Assembly: GCA_963811315.1 (NCBI GenBank) | Contig: CAWERH010000039.1 | Location: 4,501 to 68,500, forward strand | Reading direction: 5' to 3' | Source of the DNA: an uncultured delta proteobacterium | Lineage (GTDB): Bacteria > Desulfobacterota > Binatia > UBA9968 | Length of the DNA: 64,000 nucleotides | Shown: in pieces, positions 19,865 through 30,871 of the stretch | How positions within the stretch are numbered: the first letter of the stretch is position 1 | Layout: each line of letters begins with the position of its first letter | The notes under the pieces: generated by a model | Seen by the model: only the letters and a program-made list of their open reading frames with translations | What the model was told of the DNA's origin: nothing | The model's database searches: none | Translations under genes and position numbers: made by a program

Positions 19865-19884
19865 ATAATCTTTCAACGTGTGAA

Positions 19885-20967
19885 TTGGAGTTACCGACAG
19901 TGCAAAACCTCACCTCTAACCTCATCGAAGTCGAAGACAGCTGGGAAGCGGTCAATGACTGGTTCTGCAACGAAAAACTGAGTGACGGTTTGCCGATCGT
20001 GCCGCCTACGGCGGAGCGGGTCGAACGAATGCTCGAGCGCGACGAATCGCGGGATCCGCAGGAAGTCATCGGGCCAATCCCGCCGAAGTGGGCGCCTTGT
20101 TCGATCGAGAAGATTGCCATCAATGCGGTCATGGCCGGCTGTTTGCCGGAATATTTGCCGGTGATCATCGCGGCGGTGGAAGCGATCTGCGAACCGCGCT
20201 TCAATCTCTATGGCGTGCAAGCGACTACCGGATACGTCGGCCCGGCGCTCATGCTCAACGGTCCGATTCGCAAAGCACTCAACGTCAATTGCGATGCCGG
20301 CGTGTTTGGTCCCGGCTTTCGCTCCAACGCGACCATCGGCCGCGCCATTCGATTGATTCTCATCACCGTCGGCGGCGGCTACCCGGGCGACACCGATCGC
20401 TCGACTTTTGGCTGGCCGGGCAAGTACACCATGTGCTTTGGCGAAAATGAGGAGAAGAGTCCGTGGGAGCCGTATCACGTGGAGTTCGGTTTTAAACCTG
20501 ACGAAAACAGTGTGACGGTGTTCGGCATCAATGGTTTTTTGCCGATCCACACGGCCGGCAGTCGCGGCGAGCAGGCGCTTGCTTCGCTCGCAGAAGTTAT
20601 TCGCATGCACCACGGCGTGAGTCATCTCGACGTCGGCAGTTTTGGCGGCGGCACACCGCTGGTTGCCCTGGGCGTCGAAGACGCCGAGATCATGGCGCGC
20701 GACGGCATCACCAAGAAACAAGTCAAGGACTTTCTCTGGGAGCACGCGTCGCTCAAATTTTCCGAAGTTCCGGCGCGCCGCAAAGGCCACAAAGACGACG
20801 CCGAGTTGCTGCGCGAATCGCCCAACGTTACCCCCGATGGCGTCGTCCATCTTTCCACGAAGGCCGAAGACATCATGGTCATCGTGGTTGGCGGCAAGCA
20901 TCGCCATTCGGTATTTCTGCCGATGTGGACCGGGCGCAATACGCTGTGCGTGATCAAGCCAATTTAA
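19885..20967 (+). CDS. conserved hypothetical protein genetically linked to the UGSC selenoprotein (partner, copy 2)
   Basis: 360 aa and intact: ..SDGLPIVPPTAERV..EKIAINAVMAGCLPEY..NLYGVQATTG..GWPGKYTMCFGENEEKSPWEPYHVE.. TTG start at 19885. The 19891-21120 minus-strand ORF is antisense. Confidence 0.75.
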   Translation: MELPTVQNLTSNLIEVEDSWEAVNDWFCNEKLSDGLPIVPPTAERVERMLERDESRDPQEVIGPIPPKWAPCSIEKIAINAVMAGCLPEYLPVIIAAVEAICEPRFNLYGVQATTGYVGPALMLNGPIRKALNVNCDAGVFGPGFRSNATIGRAIRLILITVGGGYPGDTDRSTFGWPGKYTMCFGENEEKSPWEPYHVEFGFKPDENSVTVFGINGFLPIHTAGSRGEQALASLAEVIRMHHGVSHLDVGSFGGGTPLVALGVEDAEIMARDGITKKQVKDFLWEHASLKFSEVPARRKGHKDDAELLRESPNVTPDGVVHLSTKAEDIMVIVVGGKHRHSVFLPMWTGRNTLCVIKPI

Positions 20968-21010
20968 TAGCAATTGGAGTAGTGGAGTGATGCGGAAGAA
21001 GATCGAGGAT
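20968..21010. repeat. tandem repeat array (TGGAGTAG/TGGAGTGA then GAGGATG x3) overlapping the start region of the next gene
   Basis: ttggagtagtggagtgatgcggaagaagatcgaggatggaggatggaggatcg. Confidence 0.35.
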
Positions 21011-21999
21011 GGAGGATGGAGGATCGCCCGCGCGGCGGCGATTTTCATGCTCGCGTTTCTGTTCGCCACGGTTTGTAATGCGCAGGAGAAATTTCGCTTT
21101 CCGATCGCTGAATCGTCCAAGACCTTGAGCTATGGTCCGCTCTGGGTCGCCTCGAAGATGGGTTTCTTTGACAAGGAAGGCTTGGACGTGCCGATCGTCA
21201 CCATGCGCGGTTCGCCGCTGGCGATTCAGGCGCTGACCGCCGATTCGATTTATATCGCCAACGCGACCGTCGATACCCTGATCAACGCCTACGAGAAAGG
21301 CGCGGATATCACGATGATCGGCGGGCCTGATCAACGGGCTTGGACTTGAGCATGATCGGCGGCAAGCCCTATAAGACCTATGCCGACCTGCGCGGCACGA
21401 CGATCGGCACGCAGACGCTGACTTCCGGCACTGGATTCGCTCTTCGCTTGGTGCTCAAGGTGCACGGCTTGGAATATCCGCGCGACTACGCGCTGCTCAA
21501 CATCGGCGGCGCTTCGGACCGCTATCAAGCGCTGACGTCCGGTCAAATTTCTTCCGCCCCGGTCGGCGTGCCTCTCGATCTGGTTGCCAAACAGCAAGGC
21601 TTCAACATCATCGGTTATTTTGCCGATGACCAACCGAACTTTCAGTTTAATGTCTACATCGTCAAACGCTCCTGGGCGGAAAAAAACCGGCCGCTGACGG
21701 TGCGCTTCATGAAAGCGATGGCGTCGACCATGCGCTGGATGGCGGACAACCGCGACGCTGCCTGCACCTATCTTTCAAAGGAAATGGCGATCAGCGTCGA
21801 GCATTGCCGCTATGCCTCCGACTACAACTGGAAAAGCCGCATCTGGGACCGCAATGCCGATATCAACATCGAGGGCGTGCGCACGCTGATCAAAATCACC
21901 GCCGAGCAAGGCATTCTCAAAGAACCTTTACCCCAGCCGGCGAAATACCTCGATCAAAGTTATCTTAAGCAGGCGCTGGCGGAACTGGCGAAGAAATAA
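20987..21999 (+). CDS. NMT1-like periplasmic substrate-binding protein (subtype B, paralog of 29216-30186); frameshift near 21335
   Basis: ORF 20987-21349 (..FLFATVCNAQEKF..LWVASKMGFFD..TMIGGPDQR) joins ORF 21340-21999 (LDLSMIGGKPYKTYADLRG...LEYPRDY...). Confidence 0.75.
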
Positions 22000-22056
22000 C
22001 AAGGCGAAGAGGCACGAGGCTTGAGACGGAAAACTACAAGGGATTGAGGAGATCGC

Positions 22057-23058
22057 ATGAGACAATCAACGCGTTTGGGATTTTTGATTTTGTTCTTGAG
22101 CGCGGTGGCTGTCGCCGCTTCCGCGAATGCTCAGGACAAGATACGCATGGGGCTCAGCTCGGTGAGCGGGTTGCACAGCGCCGTGTGGGTCGCGGCGGAA
22201 AAGGGACTGTTTCGCAAGCACGGTATCGACGCCGAAGTGATCGTCACCGGGCAGGGCGGTACTGCCGGTATCAGCGCGCTGATCGCCAACGACGTCCAGA
22301 TAGTCAATTCAGCGGGTGATGTTCTAGTTGCGGCGGCGTTGCGCGGCGGTGACACCGTGATGATCGCGGGGGTCGTCAACAAGGGGCTGCAGCGATTGGT
22401 CACCAAACCGGAGATCAAAGCGCCGGCGGATTTGAAGGGCAAGCGGATCGGCGTCACCCGGATCGGCGCGGTCTCTCATTCGGTTCTGCTGATGATGCTG
22501 CAGCAGTGGAAAATGAGCCCCAGCGACGTGCAGGTCATGCAGCTCGGCTCGTCGCCGAGCATGCTGGCGAGCCTCGACAAGGGCGGCATCGAGGGCGCGG
22601 TGCTGACGATCCCGTCGATGTTCGTCGCCGAGGACCGCGGCTACCGTGTCTTGCTCGATATGGGGGATACCGACATTTACTATCTGCACACCATGGTCGC
22701 GACGACGCGCCAATACATCAAGACCAATCGCGACAAGGTTTTGCGATTTCTCAAAGGGTATGTCGAAGGTATCGCGTTCGTGAAGCAACACAAGAAGGAA
22801 AGTCTGGATATCGTCAAGAAAAAACTTCGGCTTGGCCCGGAGCAGGAACGCAATCTCGAACGGTCCATCGACCTGTTGATAGCGAAATACTACGAGTCGA
22901 TTCCCTATCCGTCGCTGCGCGGCGTCGAAACCGTGCTCGGGTTCGTCGAAAAGGACAACCCGAAAGCGAAAACCGCCGATCCGAAGTCTTTTGTCGATGA
23001 CAGTTTGCTGCGTGAGATCGAAGCCAGCGGGTTCGTCAAAACGCTTTACCAGCGCTAG
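22057..23058 (+). CDS. NMT1/SsuA-like periplasmic substrate-binding protein
   Basis: MRQSTRLGFLILFLSAVAVAASANAQDKIRMGLSS... 333 aa, intact. Confidence 0.85.
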   Translation: MRQSTRLGFLILFLSAVAVAASANAQDKIRMGLSSVSGLHSAVWVAAEKGLFRKHGIDAEVIVTGQGGTAGISALIANDVQIVNSAGDVLVAAALRGGDTVMIAGVVNKGLQRLVTKPEIKAPADLKGKRIGVTRIGAVSHSVLLMMLQQWKMSPSDVQVMQLGSSPSMLASLDKGGIEGAVLTIPSMFVAEDRGYRVLLDMGDTDIYYLHTMVATTRQYIKTNRDKVLRFLKGYVEGIAFVKQHKKESLDIVKKKLRLGPEQERNLERSIDLLIAKYYESIPYPSLRGVETVLGFVEKDNPKAKTADPKSFVDDSLLREIEASGFVKTLYQR

Positions 23059-23082
23059 GAAACGTTCGTTTCGGACAAGCCG

Positions 23083-24079
23083 ATGAAAATTCTCTGCTTT
23101 GGTCTTTTTGCCGTCGGCGTTCGCGCTTATTTTCGGCAGCCATGCCGACGCGCAGGACAAAATTAGAGTGGGGTTGAGCTCGGTGAGCGCTCTTCATGGC
23201 GCCATGTGGGTGGCTGAGCAAAAAGGATTGTTTCGTAAGCATGGCATCGAAACGGAAATCATCGTCACGGGCCAGGGTGCGACGGCGGGAATCGGCGCGC
23301 TGCTTGCCAACGATATTCAGATCGCCAGCGCCGGCGGAGATGCTCTGATTAACGCCGCCTTGCGCGGCGGCGAGACCGTGATGATCGCCGCCGGTATCAA
23401 TAAAGGATTGAACAGGATTATGGTGCGGTCGGATATCAAAACTCCGGCCGACCTTAAGGGAAGAAAGATCGGCGCGACTCGCGTCGGCGCCGTCTCTCAC
23501 TCGGTTCTTTTGATGATGCTCAAGCGCTGGAACATGAGCCCGGCGGATGTTCAGGTTCTCCAGCTCGGTTCTTCGCCGAACATGCTCCAAGCCTTGGACA
23601 AGGGCGGCATCGACGGCGCTGTGATGACGATCCCGTTCGTGTTCATCGCGGAAGATCGAGGTTTTCGCGTTTTAGTCGATCTGGCGGAAACGGATATTTA
23701 TTATCTTCACACGATGATTGCGTCCACGCGAAGCTATATCAAGGCCAATCGCGACAAGGCGTTAAGATTTCTCAAGGGTTTTCTCGAAGGCATCGCTTAT
23801 TTCAAGCATAACAAAAAGGAGAGTCTCGATATCGTCGGAAAAAAACTCCGTGTCAACGCAGACCAAGAGCGGAATCTCGAGCGCTCCTACGATCTTCTGG
23901 CGACGAAATATTACGAAGCCACGCCTTATCCGTCGCTGCGCGGCGTCGAAACCGTGCTCGGAATCGTCGAAAAGGACAATCCGAAAGCGAAAACTGCCGA
24001 TCCGAAATCTTTTGTCGATGACAGCTTGCTCCGCGAGATCGAACAGAGCGGTTTCGTAAAGACGCTGTACAAGAATTGA
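23083..24079 (+). CDS. NMT1/SsuA-like periplasmic substrate-binding protein, tandem near-duplicate of 22057-23058; frameshift in the T5 run 23104-23108
   Basis: MKILCFGL then a shift into LPSAFALIFGSHADAQDKIRVGLSS... The remainder is colinear with the upstream paralog. Confidence 0.75.
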
Positions 24080-24348
24080 CTGTGGTGCGCCAAGTCGTTG
24101 ATAGGGCAAGCGCGCCACGATGTGGTCGAAGGCGGACAAAGCGAAAAATCCCTCGCTTGACGCTGTGTCGTGATCTCGACTTCTTAAGTGGTCACGAAAC
24201 GCGAGATTCTCGCTAACGCTCAGAATCTTAGTGCACGTTTGGCAACTGCGACACGTCTCTGCTCGGCATGACAAACAAGTAAATATTCCAGTCCCGGAGA
24301 GAAGGAATTCGATAAAAGTAAAGCCCTGACTATAATTGCTAAGCGCGC

Positions 24349-24378
24349 TTGACAGATCGAGGAACGGTCGCATAAGGT
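24349..24378 (+). promoter_or_regulatory. weak sigma70-like promoter candidate (TTGACA-18-TAAGGT) ahead of the enoyl-CoA hydratase gene
   Basis: TTGACA at 24349-24354 in a 330-bp intergenic region. The -10 match is poor. SD AGGAGG 24394-24399 precedes GTG 24409. Confidence 0.25.
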
Positions 24379-24408
24379 CAAACAAAATTTCTCAGGAGGT
24401 ATAGAAAC

Positions 24409-25248
24409 GTGGCTGCAACATTATGGAAAGATTATAAGACGGTTAAAGTCGAAAAAGAGGACGGCATCACCTGGTGTATTCTCAATCGGCCGGAAAAAAG
24501 AAACGCCATGAATCCGCAGCTTCACTACGATATGCTCGAAGCTCTCACCGAATTGGAAGTCGATAAAGACACCAAAGTGCTGGTGATCACAGGCGCGGGG
24601 CCGAGTTGGTGCGCCGGACAGGACTTGCGCGAATATTTTCGCGGCACGGACACCAACCCGTTGGAGCGGCGCAAGGCGAGCTGGGCATCCCAAGAGTGGC
24701 GTTGGCGCCGGCTTTTCTGGTTCCCGAAACCGACCATCGCGATGGTGAACGGTTTCTGTTTCGGCGGTGCTTTCACCCCGCTGATCGCCTGCGATTTCGC
24801 GATCGCCGCGGAAGACGCGACCTTCGGCCTGAGCGAAGTCAATTGGGGTATTTTCCCGGGCGGTTTGGTCAGCCGAGTTTTGGCCGACGCGATGTGCTAC
24901 CGCGACGCCATGTGGGCGATCATGACCGGCGATCCCTTCGACGGCAAGAAAGCCGCTGAGATGAAGCTGATCAACTACGCTGTGCCGAAGGAGAAATTAC
25001 GCGAGGAGACGATCGCTCTGGCGCAGAAGCTGATGAAAAAGAACCCGCAGGTGCTGCGCGCCGCGAAAGAGGTTTATAAATATTGCCGCACGATGGATTA
25101 CAGCCAGGCGGAGGAATACATGAGCGCGAAAGGCACGGCGCTCCGTCTCACCGATCCGGAAAAGGGCCGCGAAACCGGCATGGAGCAATTTCTCGACAAG
25201 AAGACCTACCGTCCGGGATTGGGCGAGTACAATCGGGACGCGAAATAA
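24409..25248 (+). CDS. enoyl-CoA hydratase/isomerase (crotonase) family protein
   Basis: 279 aa: ..ILNRPEKRNAMNPQL..VITGAGPSWCAGQDL..FCFGGAFTPLIACDFAIAAEDATFGLSEVNWGIFPGG.. Confidence 0.85.
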   Translation: MAATLWKDYKTVKVEKEDGITWCILNRPEKRNAMNPQLHYDMLEALTELEVDKDTKVLVITGAGPSWCAGQDLREYFRGTDTNPLERRKASWASQEWRWRRLFWFPKPTIAMVNGFCFGGAFTPLIACDFAIAAEDATFGLSEVNWGIFPGGLVSRVLADAMCYRDAMWAIMTGDPFDGKKAAEMKLINYAVPKEKLREETIALAQKLMKKNPQVLRAAKEVYKYCRTMDYSQAEEYMSAKGTALRLTDPEKGRETGMEQFLDKKTYRPGLGEYNRDAK

Positions 25249-25300
25249 ATAAGTTCAAGGTTCAAAGGTTCAAGGTTCAACGCTGGGTGCGGATTTTGGT
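25249..25300. repeat. stop-proximal 8-9-nt tandem array (GTTCAAGG/GTTCAAAGG x4)
   Basis: aagttcaaggttcaaaggttcaaggttcaacg directly after the TAA at 25246-25248. Confidence 0.4.
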
Positions 25301-25369
25301 TTGAAGGATTGCCGTCAAGCCGAAATCCGCAATCCAAAAGTGATCCCCGCAGACTAAATTGGAGCGAAG

Positions 25370-26535
25370 GTGGATTTCAATCTTCCCGAAGAGCTGCAAG
25401 TTCTAAAAGACACCGTCCGCAAATTCGTCGATCGCGAGTTGATTCCGCTCGAGCGCGAGTGCCGCCCCGAGGGCGAGGACATGCCCGAGCAGTACATCAA
25501 GCCGCTGCAAGAAAAAGCCAAGGCCATCGGTCTATGGCTGCTCGATGTGCCGGAGGAATACGGCGGCGCCGGCCTGGATCTCATGAGCCGTTGCGTGATC
25601 ATGGAAGAGGTCGCGCGCACGGTGGCGATCCCGTTTCGCTATGCGCCGATCTTCGGGCCGGAAGTGCGGCCGGTATTGTTCCACTGCAACGAGGAACAGA
25701 AGAAGCGATTTTTGCTGCCGGTGATCGAAGGCAAGATGCGGATTTGCTTTGCGCAAACCGAGCCCGATGCCGGCAGCGATCCAGCCGGGGATGAAGACGC
25801 GGGCGGTAAGAGACGGCGATCATTACATTATCAATGGCACCAAGCGCTTCATCACCGGCGCAAAGCACGCCGACTACGCCCAAGTCATTGCGGTCACGGA
25901 CCCGCAGAAGGGCGCGCGCGGCGGCGTGAGTTGTTTCATGGTCAGCATGAAGGCGCCGGGCGTTACGCTAGAGCGGCTGTGGCCGACGATGATGGGCGAC
26001 ACGCCGGGACAGATTCATTTCGAAAACGCGCGAGTGGCTGCCGCCGACATGATCGGCGGGGAAGGGCAAGGGTTTTGCGATCGCGCAAAAATGGATCGAG
26101 GAAGGGCGCATCCGCGGCCATGGCGCGCGTCCGGTCGGCATCGCGTCGCGCGCGCTCGACATGATGATCGAGTATTCCAAAGTCCGCACGACCTTCGGCC
26201 AGCCGCTGGCGAACCGCCAGGCGATTCAATTCATGATCGCCGACTCGGCGATGGAACTGCATGCCTGCCGCTTGATGGTTTACGAGTGCGCCTGGCGTCA
26301 CGACCGCGGCGAAGATATTCGCCAGCTTTCTTACATGACGAAAATTCAGTGCGCCGAGATGGCGAGCCGGGTGGTCGACCGCTCGATTCAAGTGCACGGC
26401 GGCTTGGGACTAATGCGCGAGCTGCCGCTCGAGTGGTGGTATCGCCAGGTGCGCAGCATCCGCATCACCGAAGGCACGCCGGAAGTTTTGCGCTGGCGTT
26501 TGGCAGAGCACATCATTAAGAATCACAAAGGATGA
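25370..26535 (+). CDS. acyl-CoA dehydrogenase; two frameshifts (G4 run 25791-25794 and T4 run 26073-26076)
   Basis: Three ORFs concatenate: MDFNLPEELQVLKDTVRKF..EPDAGSDPAG | MKTRAVRDGDHYIINGTKRFITG..GEGQGF | AIAQKWIEEGRI...QVHGGLGLMRELPLEWWYRQVRSIRITEGTPEV.. Confidence 0.75.
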
Positions 26536-26540
26536 TTTGG

Positions 26541-26620
26541 CCGTCGAGGATAGAGGATCGAGGATCGAGGATAGCGTCCGGTCGATCTTCGCATCCTCCA
26601 TCTTCTATCCTCGGCTGAAA
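26541..26620. repeat. 8-mer tandem array (GAGGATAG/GAGGATCG x4) paired with its inverted complement, forming an imperfect hairpin
   Basis: cgaggatagaggatcgaggatcgaggatag...catcctccatcttctatcctcgg. Confidence 0.45.
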
Positions 26621-26645
26621 ACCGATTACACTATCATGGATTGCA

Positions 26646-27856
26646 ATGACTGATACGCTCGATGCAACTGCGCTGCTGCCCGGCTACCGAGTCCTCGATC
26701 TCACCTCGTCGATCGGCGCGCTGTGCGGCAAATTGCTCGGCGACCTGGGAATGGATGTCATCAAGATCGAGCCGCCCGACGGTGGCGCGGCGCGCAGGGA
26801 GCCGCCCTTCGCCAATGGGCACGCGCATCGGGAGGGCAGTCTCCGCTTCGCCTATCTCAACGCCGGCAAGCGCAGCATCACGCTCGATCTCACCAAGCCG
26901 AGCGCGCGAAATTTGTTGCTCCAGTTAGTCGAGCGCGCCGACGTAATCGTCGAGGACTTCGCTCCCGGGTATCTATCCGGATTGGGTTTGAGCTATGAAG
27001 CTCTGCTCGAAAAACAGAGCAAGCTTATTCTCGTGTCGATCAGCGGCTTCGGTCAGGACGGGCCCTACGCGAATTACCAAACCACGGATCTGATCGGCAA
27101 TGCCATGGGCGGGCTGCTCTATATCAGCGGCGACCCGAAAATGACGCCGTGCAATCCGCCGGAAACCCAGTCGCTCTATTACGCGAGTCTGTTCGCGTCC
27201 TACGGCGTCATGCTGGCGCTGTGGCAGCGCGAGACCCGCGGCATCGGCGCGTGGATCGATACTTCGGTGCAAGCGAGCATGGCGCTGCACGAGCACGTGG
27301 CGTTCAACTATTCCGCCGAGGGACGGGTGATGAAGCGCGCCGGCAGCCAGCACCAGCACAATGCGCCGGCGAATTTGTTCCAATGCAAGAACGGTTGGAT
27401 CTCGCTCTTCGTCACGCAGACGCATTGGCCGCTCCTGCTTAAAGTTTGGCCCGATCACGATCCCGAGCTCGACGATCCCAAGTGGATCAACAGCAACCTG
27501 CGCCGGCAGCATGCCGATTACATCAACGCGCAGGTGACCGCGTTTACGTCGGGTTTTCTCAAGGAAGATCTGGCGGAGCTGATGCAGAAGCACGGTATTC
27601 CCGGTTTGCCGGTCAACTCGCCGTCGGATTTTATGAAGGACCCGCACATTCAAGCGCGCGGGTTTTTTGCCAATGTGACGCATCCCGTGCTCGGTTCGTT
27701 TGCCCAGCCGGGAACTCCTTTTATGGTCGACGGCCAGCGCTCGCGCGCCGTCGCCCGCGCCGCTGCTGGGACAGCACAATCATGAAGTGCTTTGTGGCGA
27801 GCTGGGATTGAGCGCGGGCGAGATGGCGGTGCTGGCGGCGGAAAAAACTATTTGAG
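26646..27856 (+). CDS. CoA-transferase family III (CaiB/BaiF/BbsE-like); frameshift near 27735
   Basis: ..YRVLDLTSSIGALCGKLLGDLGMDVIKIEPPDGG... and a C-terminus recovered in the other frame: PPLLGQHNHEVLCGELGLSAGEMAVLAAEKTI*. Confidence 0.75.
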
Positions 27857-27859
27857 GCC

Positions 27860-27957
27860 AATTAAAAATTAAAAAGGCAAAATTAAAAAAGCGGGAACCC
27901 GGAACACTTTGGACCGATTCGTAGATTATTTGAATTTTTAACTTTTAATTTTTAATT
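27860..27957. promoter_or_regulatory. AT-rich inverted repeat between the tandem CoA-transferase genes (arms AATTAAAAATTAAAA..., ~40-nt spacer)
   Basis: aattaaaaattaaaaaggcaaaattaaaaaa ... ttgaatttttaacttttaatttttaatt. The arms share 15/15 nt at their outer ends. Local GC is about 25% in a ~63% GC context. Confidence 0.4.
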
Positions 27958-27959
27958 CT

Positions 27960-29171
27960 ATGTCTCCTAGTCAGATTTTAAAAGGCGTGCGCATTCTCGC
28001 TTTCACCACGGGCTACGCCGGTCCTTACGCCGGCAGGCTGCTTGCGGCCTACGGCGCGGAGGTGATCAAGATCGAGTCGAGGAAGGGCGGGCTCGATACC
28101 TTTCGCCATTACGGCCAGCACAAGGATATCGACGCCGCGCCGCGTTTCATCGAGTGCAACCTCGGCGTGCGCTCGTTTGCGGTCAATCTCAAACATCCGA
28201 CCGGCGCCAGACTGGTTCGCGAACTGGCCGGTAAATCGGATGCGATTCTGCAAAATTTTCGTCCTAGAGTGTTGGATAAGCTGGGTTTGGGTGACGACGA
28301 ACTGAGAAAACTTAATCCTAAACTTGTGGTTGTGAAATTGCCGGGCTTCGGTTCCGAAGGGCCGAAGAGCGGTTACGGCACTTGGGGATTTAATCTTACG
28401 GCTTTCTCCGGCATGACCTATCTGTGGAATCATCCCGAGCAGGATCGCCCCATCGGCAGTCAGGGCGTCTATCCCGATCACTTGGGTTTCGTTATGGGGC
28501 CGACGCTGCTGGTCGCGGCGCTGCTGAACAGCCGGCGTAGCGGCAAGGGCGTGACCATCGATTTGGCGCAGATCGAAGGCACGGCGTACACGCTCGGCGC
28601 GACTTACCTGGAAACCTCGGTGAACGGCGACGATCCTCAGCCGCAGGGAAATCACTACGCGCTCGCCGCGCCGCACGGCTGTTACCGTTGCCAGGGCGAT
28701 GACCGCTGGTGCGTTATTTCGGTGCGTGACGACGATGAGTGGCGCGCTTTCTGCCGCGTCATCGGCAGGGCGGAATTGATCAGCGACGCGCGTTTTACCG
28801 ATCTGCAAACCCGACTGGGGCATCGGACTGAGCTCGACGACATTGTCAGCGCGTGGACGCAAGCGCGGCCTGCGGAAGAGGTCATGACCCAGATGCAATC
28901 CGCCGGGGTGCCTGCCGGTGTGGTGCAGAGCGGCGCGGACCTGCTCAAGGATCCTCAACTGCGCCACCGCAACTATTTTTCGCCATTCGCCGATTCGTTG
29001 ATCGGTCCGTTTGAAATCCCGCGCAGTGGTTTCCTGTTCCGCGGCTTGAACGAAGAACCTCTGCGCTTACCCAATCGACTCGGCGCAGACAATGAGCCAA
29101 TTCTAACCGATTTGCTCGGTTATGATCAGGCAACGATCGAGCAATGGCGCCAGGAAGAAGTGCTCACATAA
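27960..29171 (+). CDS. CoA-transferase family III (CaiB/BaiF/BbsF-like)
   Basis: 403 aa, intact: ..VRILAFTTGYAGPYAGRLLAAYGAEVIKIESRKGG... Confidence 0.85.
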   Translation: MSPSQILKGVRILAFTTGYAGPYAGRLLAAYGAEVIKIESRKGGLDTFRHYGQHKDIDAAPRFIECNLGVRSFAVNLKHPTGARLVRELAGKSDAILQNFRPRVLDKLGLGDDELRKLNPKLVVVKLPGFGSEGPKSGYGTWGFNLTAFSGMTYLWNHPEQDRPIGSQGVYPDHLGFVMGPTLLVAALLNSRRSGKGVTIDLAQIEGTAYTLGATYLETSVNGDDPQPQGNHYALAAPHGCYRCQGDDRWCVISVRDDDEWRAFCRVIGRAELISDARFTDLQTRLGHRTELDDIVSAWTQARPAEEVMTQMQSAGVPAGVVQSGADLLKDPQLRHRNYFSPFADSLIGPFEIPRSGFLFRGLNEEPLRLPNRLGADNEPILTDLLGYDQATIEQWRQEEVLT

Positions 29172-29215
29172 ATTCTTAGGACCAACCCCATCGATTAAAT
29201 ACGAGAGGGATTCAG

Positions 29216-30186
29216 ATGTGGAAACGGGTTTTAGACACGGCTCATCCTCCTTTTGTTCCTCTCGTGGGCAATTCCGTGCTCACGCTCAAGAAGTCATTAA
29301 ACTCCATGCCAGCGTCGTAGCGAAAACATTCGGTTTTGGTCCCGTCTGGGTTGCGTCCAAGCAAGGATTTTTCAATCAGCAAAAACTCGACGTCGAGGTT
29401 CTCCTCATCCGCGGCTCGGACGTTTCCACGCAGGCTCTGGCCAGCGGCTCGCTGCAAGTTTCCGGCGCATCGGCCGACGCGCCAATCGCCGCCTTTGACC
29501 GCGGCTTGGACATGGTGATTATCGGCGGGATCATCAACGGTCTCAGCCAATCGCTCATGGGCGGCAAAAACTACAAAACCTATGAAGATTTGCGCGGCGC
29601 CACCCTCGGCGCCAATAGTCTTACCGCCGGCACGGCGTTCGCTCTGCGGCGCGTGCTCAAAGCCAAAGGCTTGGAATACCCGCGCGACTACAAGCTGATC
29701 AACGTCGGTGGCACGCCGCAGGCCCTGGCGGCATTGGCTTCAGGGCAGATCGCCGCGGCGCCGCTTTCTTTGCCGGTGAATTTTGTCGCCGAGGAACAGG
29801 GGTTCAATACCATCGGCCGGTTTATCGATGTGATTCCGCACTATCAGCTTTCGGTCTATTCGGTGATGCGGCCGTGGGCCGAAAAAAATCGCGGAGTCGT
29901 CGTCCGTTTCATGAGATCGATCTCATTGGCGGCGCGCTGGATATTCGCGAACAAGGATGCCGCAGTAGATTTGCTCGCCAAAGAGATGGGCCTCAAACGC
30001 GAGTACGCGCGCAAAGGCTGGGAGTTCTACACCGAAAAAGGGTTGTGGAGTCCGGTCGGCGACGTGACGCTTGACGGCCTCGCCATCGTCGCGCAAATCT
30101 ACGCGGAGCAAAACCAGCTCAAGGGACCGCCGCCCAATCCGGCCAAGTACGTCGATCAAAGTTATCTGCAGGAAGCGCTGAAATGA
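29216..30186 (+). CDS. NMT1-like periplasmic substrate-binding protein (subtype B, paralog of 20987-21999); frameshift(s) in the first 80 nt
   Basis: ATG 29216 gives MWKRVL. The signal-like TRLILLLFLSWAIP lies in a second frame and the mature part AHAQEVIKLHASVVAKTFGFGPVWVASKQG in a third. One or two indels are needed to join them. Confidence 0.65.
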
Positions 30187-30317
30187 AAAGCAGGCAATAG
30201 GCATTAGGCCAGTGAGATGCAAATGGCTCTTGCAATTCTTACTGCTAGTGCCTAGTCGCCTTCCCAGTCTCTTGAATATTTTTGGCTGTGCCCTTATAAC
30301 TCACCGATCACAAGGAG

Positions 30318-30870
30318 TTGAATCTTCCGAGAGTGATAAACCCGCCTACAAGTCTCAAAACCGATCGATTAAGTCTCAGAAAGGCAAAGTTGGCAGATGC
30401 GGAGGCGATTTTTCGCCAATACGCCACTGATCCTGAAGTCACCAAGTACGTAAGTTGGCGCGCGCACCGGAATCTCGAGGAGACCCGCGATTACATGCGT
30501 ATGTGTTCGCTCGCGTGGGATGTCGGCAGGGCATTCCATTGGGTGATCGAGCGCGCCGCAGACAAGCAGGTGATGGGCATGATGATCGCCCGCGTGGATG
30601 CCGGGAAATGGGAATTGGGTTACGTCCTGGCGCGGCAGCACTGGGGCGCAGGGCTTCATGACCGAAGCGTTGAAGGAGTTGATCGCTTGGGCGTTGAAGC
30701 AAAAAGATATTTACCGCGTTTGGGCGGTGTGCGACGTCGACAATCTCGCATCTGCGCGGGTGATGGAAAAATCGGGTATGCAACGCGAGGGCGTTTTACG
30801 GCGCTGGTCGGTGCATCCGAATCTCAGTCCCGAGCCCCGCGACTCGTATTGTTATGCGATTGTGAAGTAG
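30318..30870 (+). CDS. GNAT family N-acetyltransferase (RimJ/RimL-like); frameshift near 30648
   Basis: ..DRLSLRKAKLADAEAIF..WVIERAADKQVMGMMIARVDAGKWELGYVLARQHWG | QGFMTEALKELIAWAL..VWAVCDVDNLASARVMEKSGMQREGVLRRW.. Confidence 0.7.
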
Positions 30871-30871
30871 G

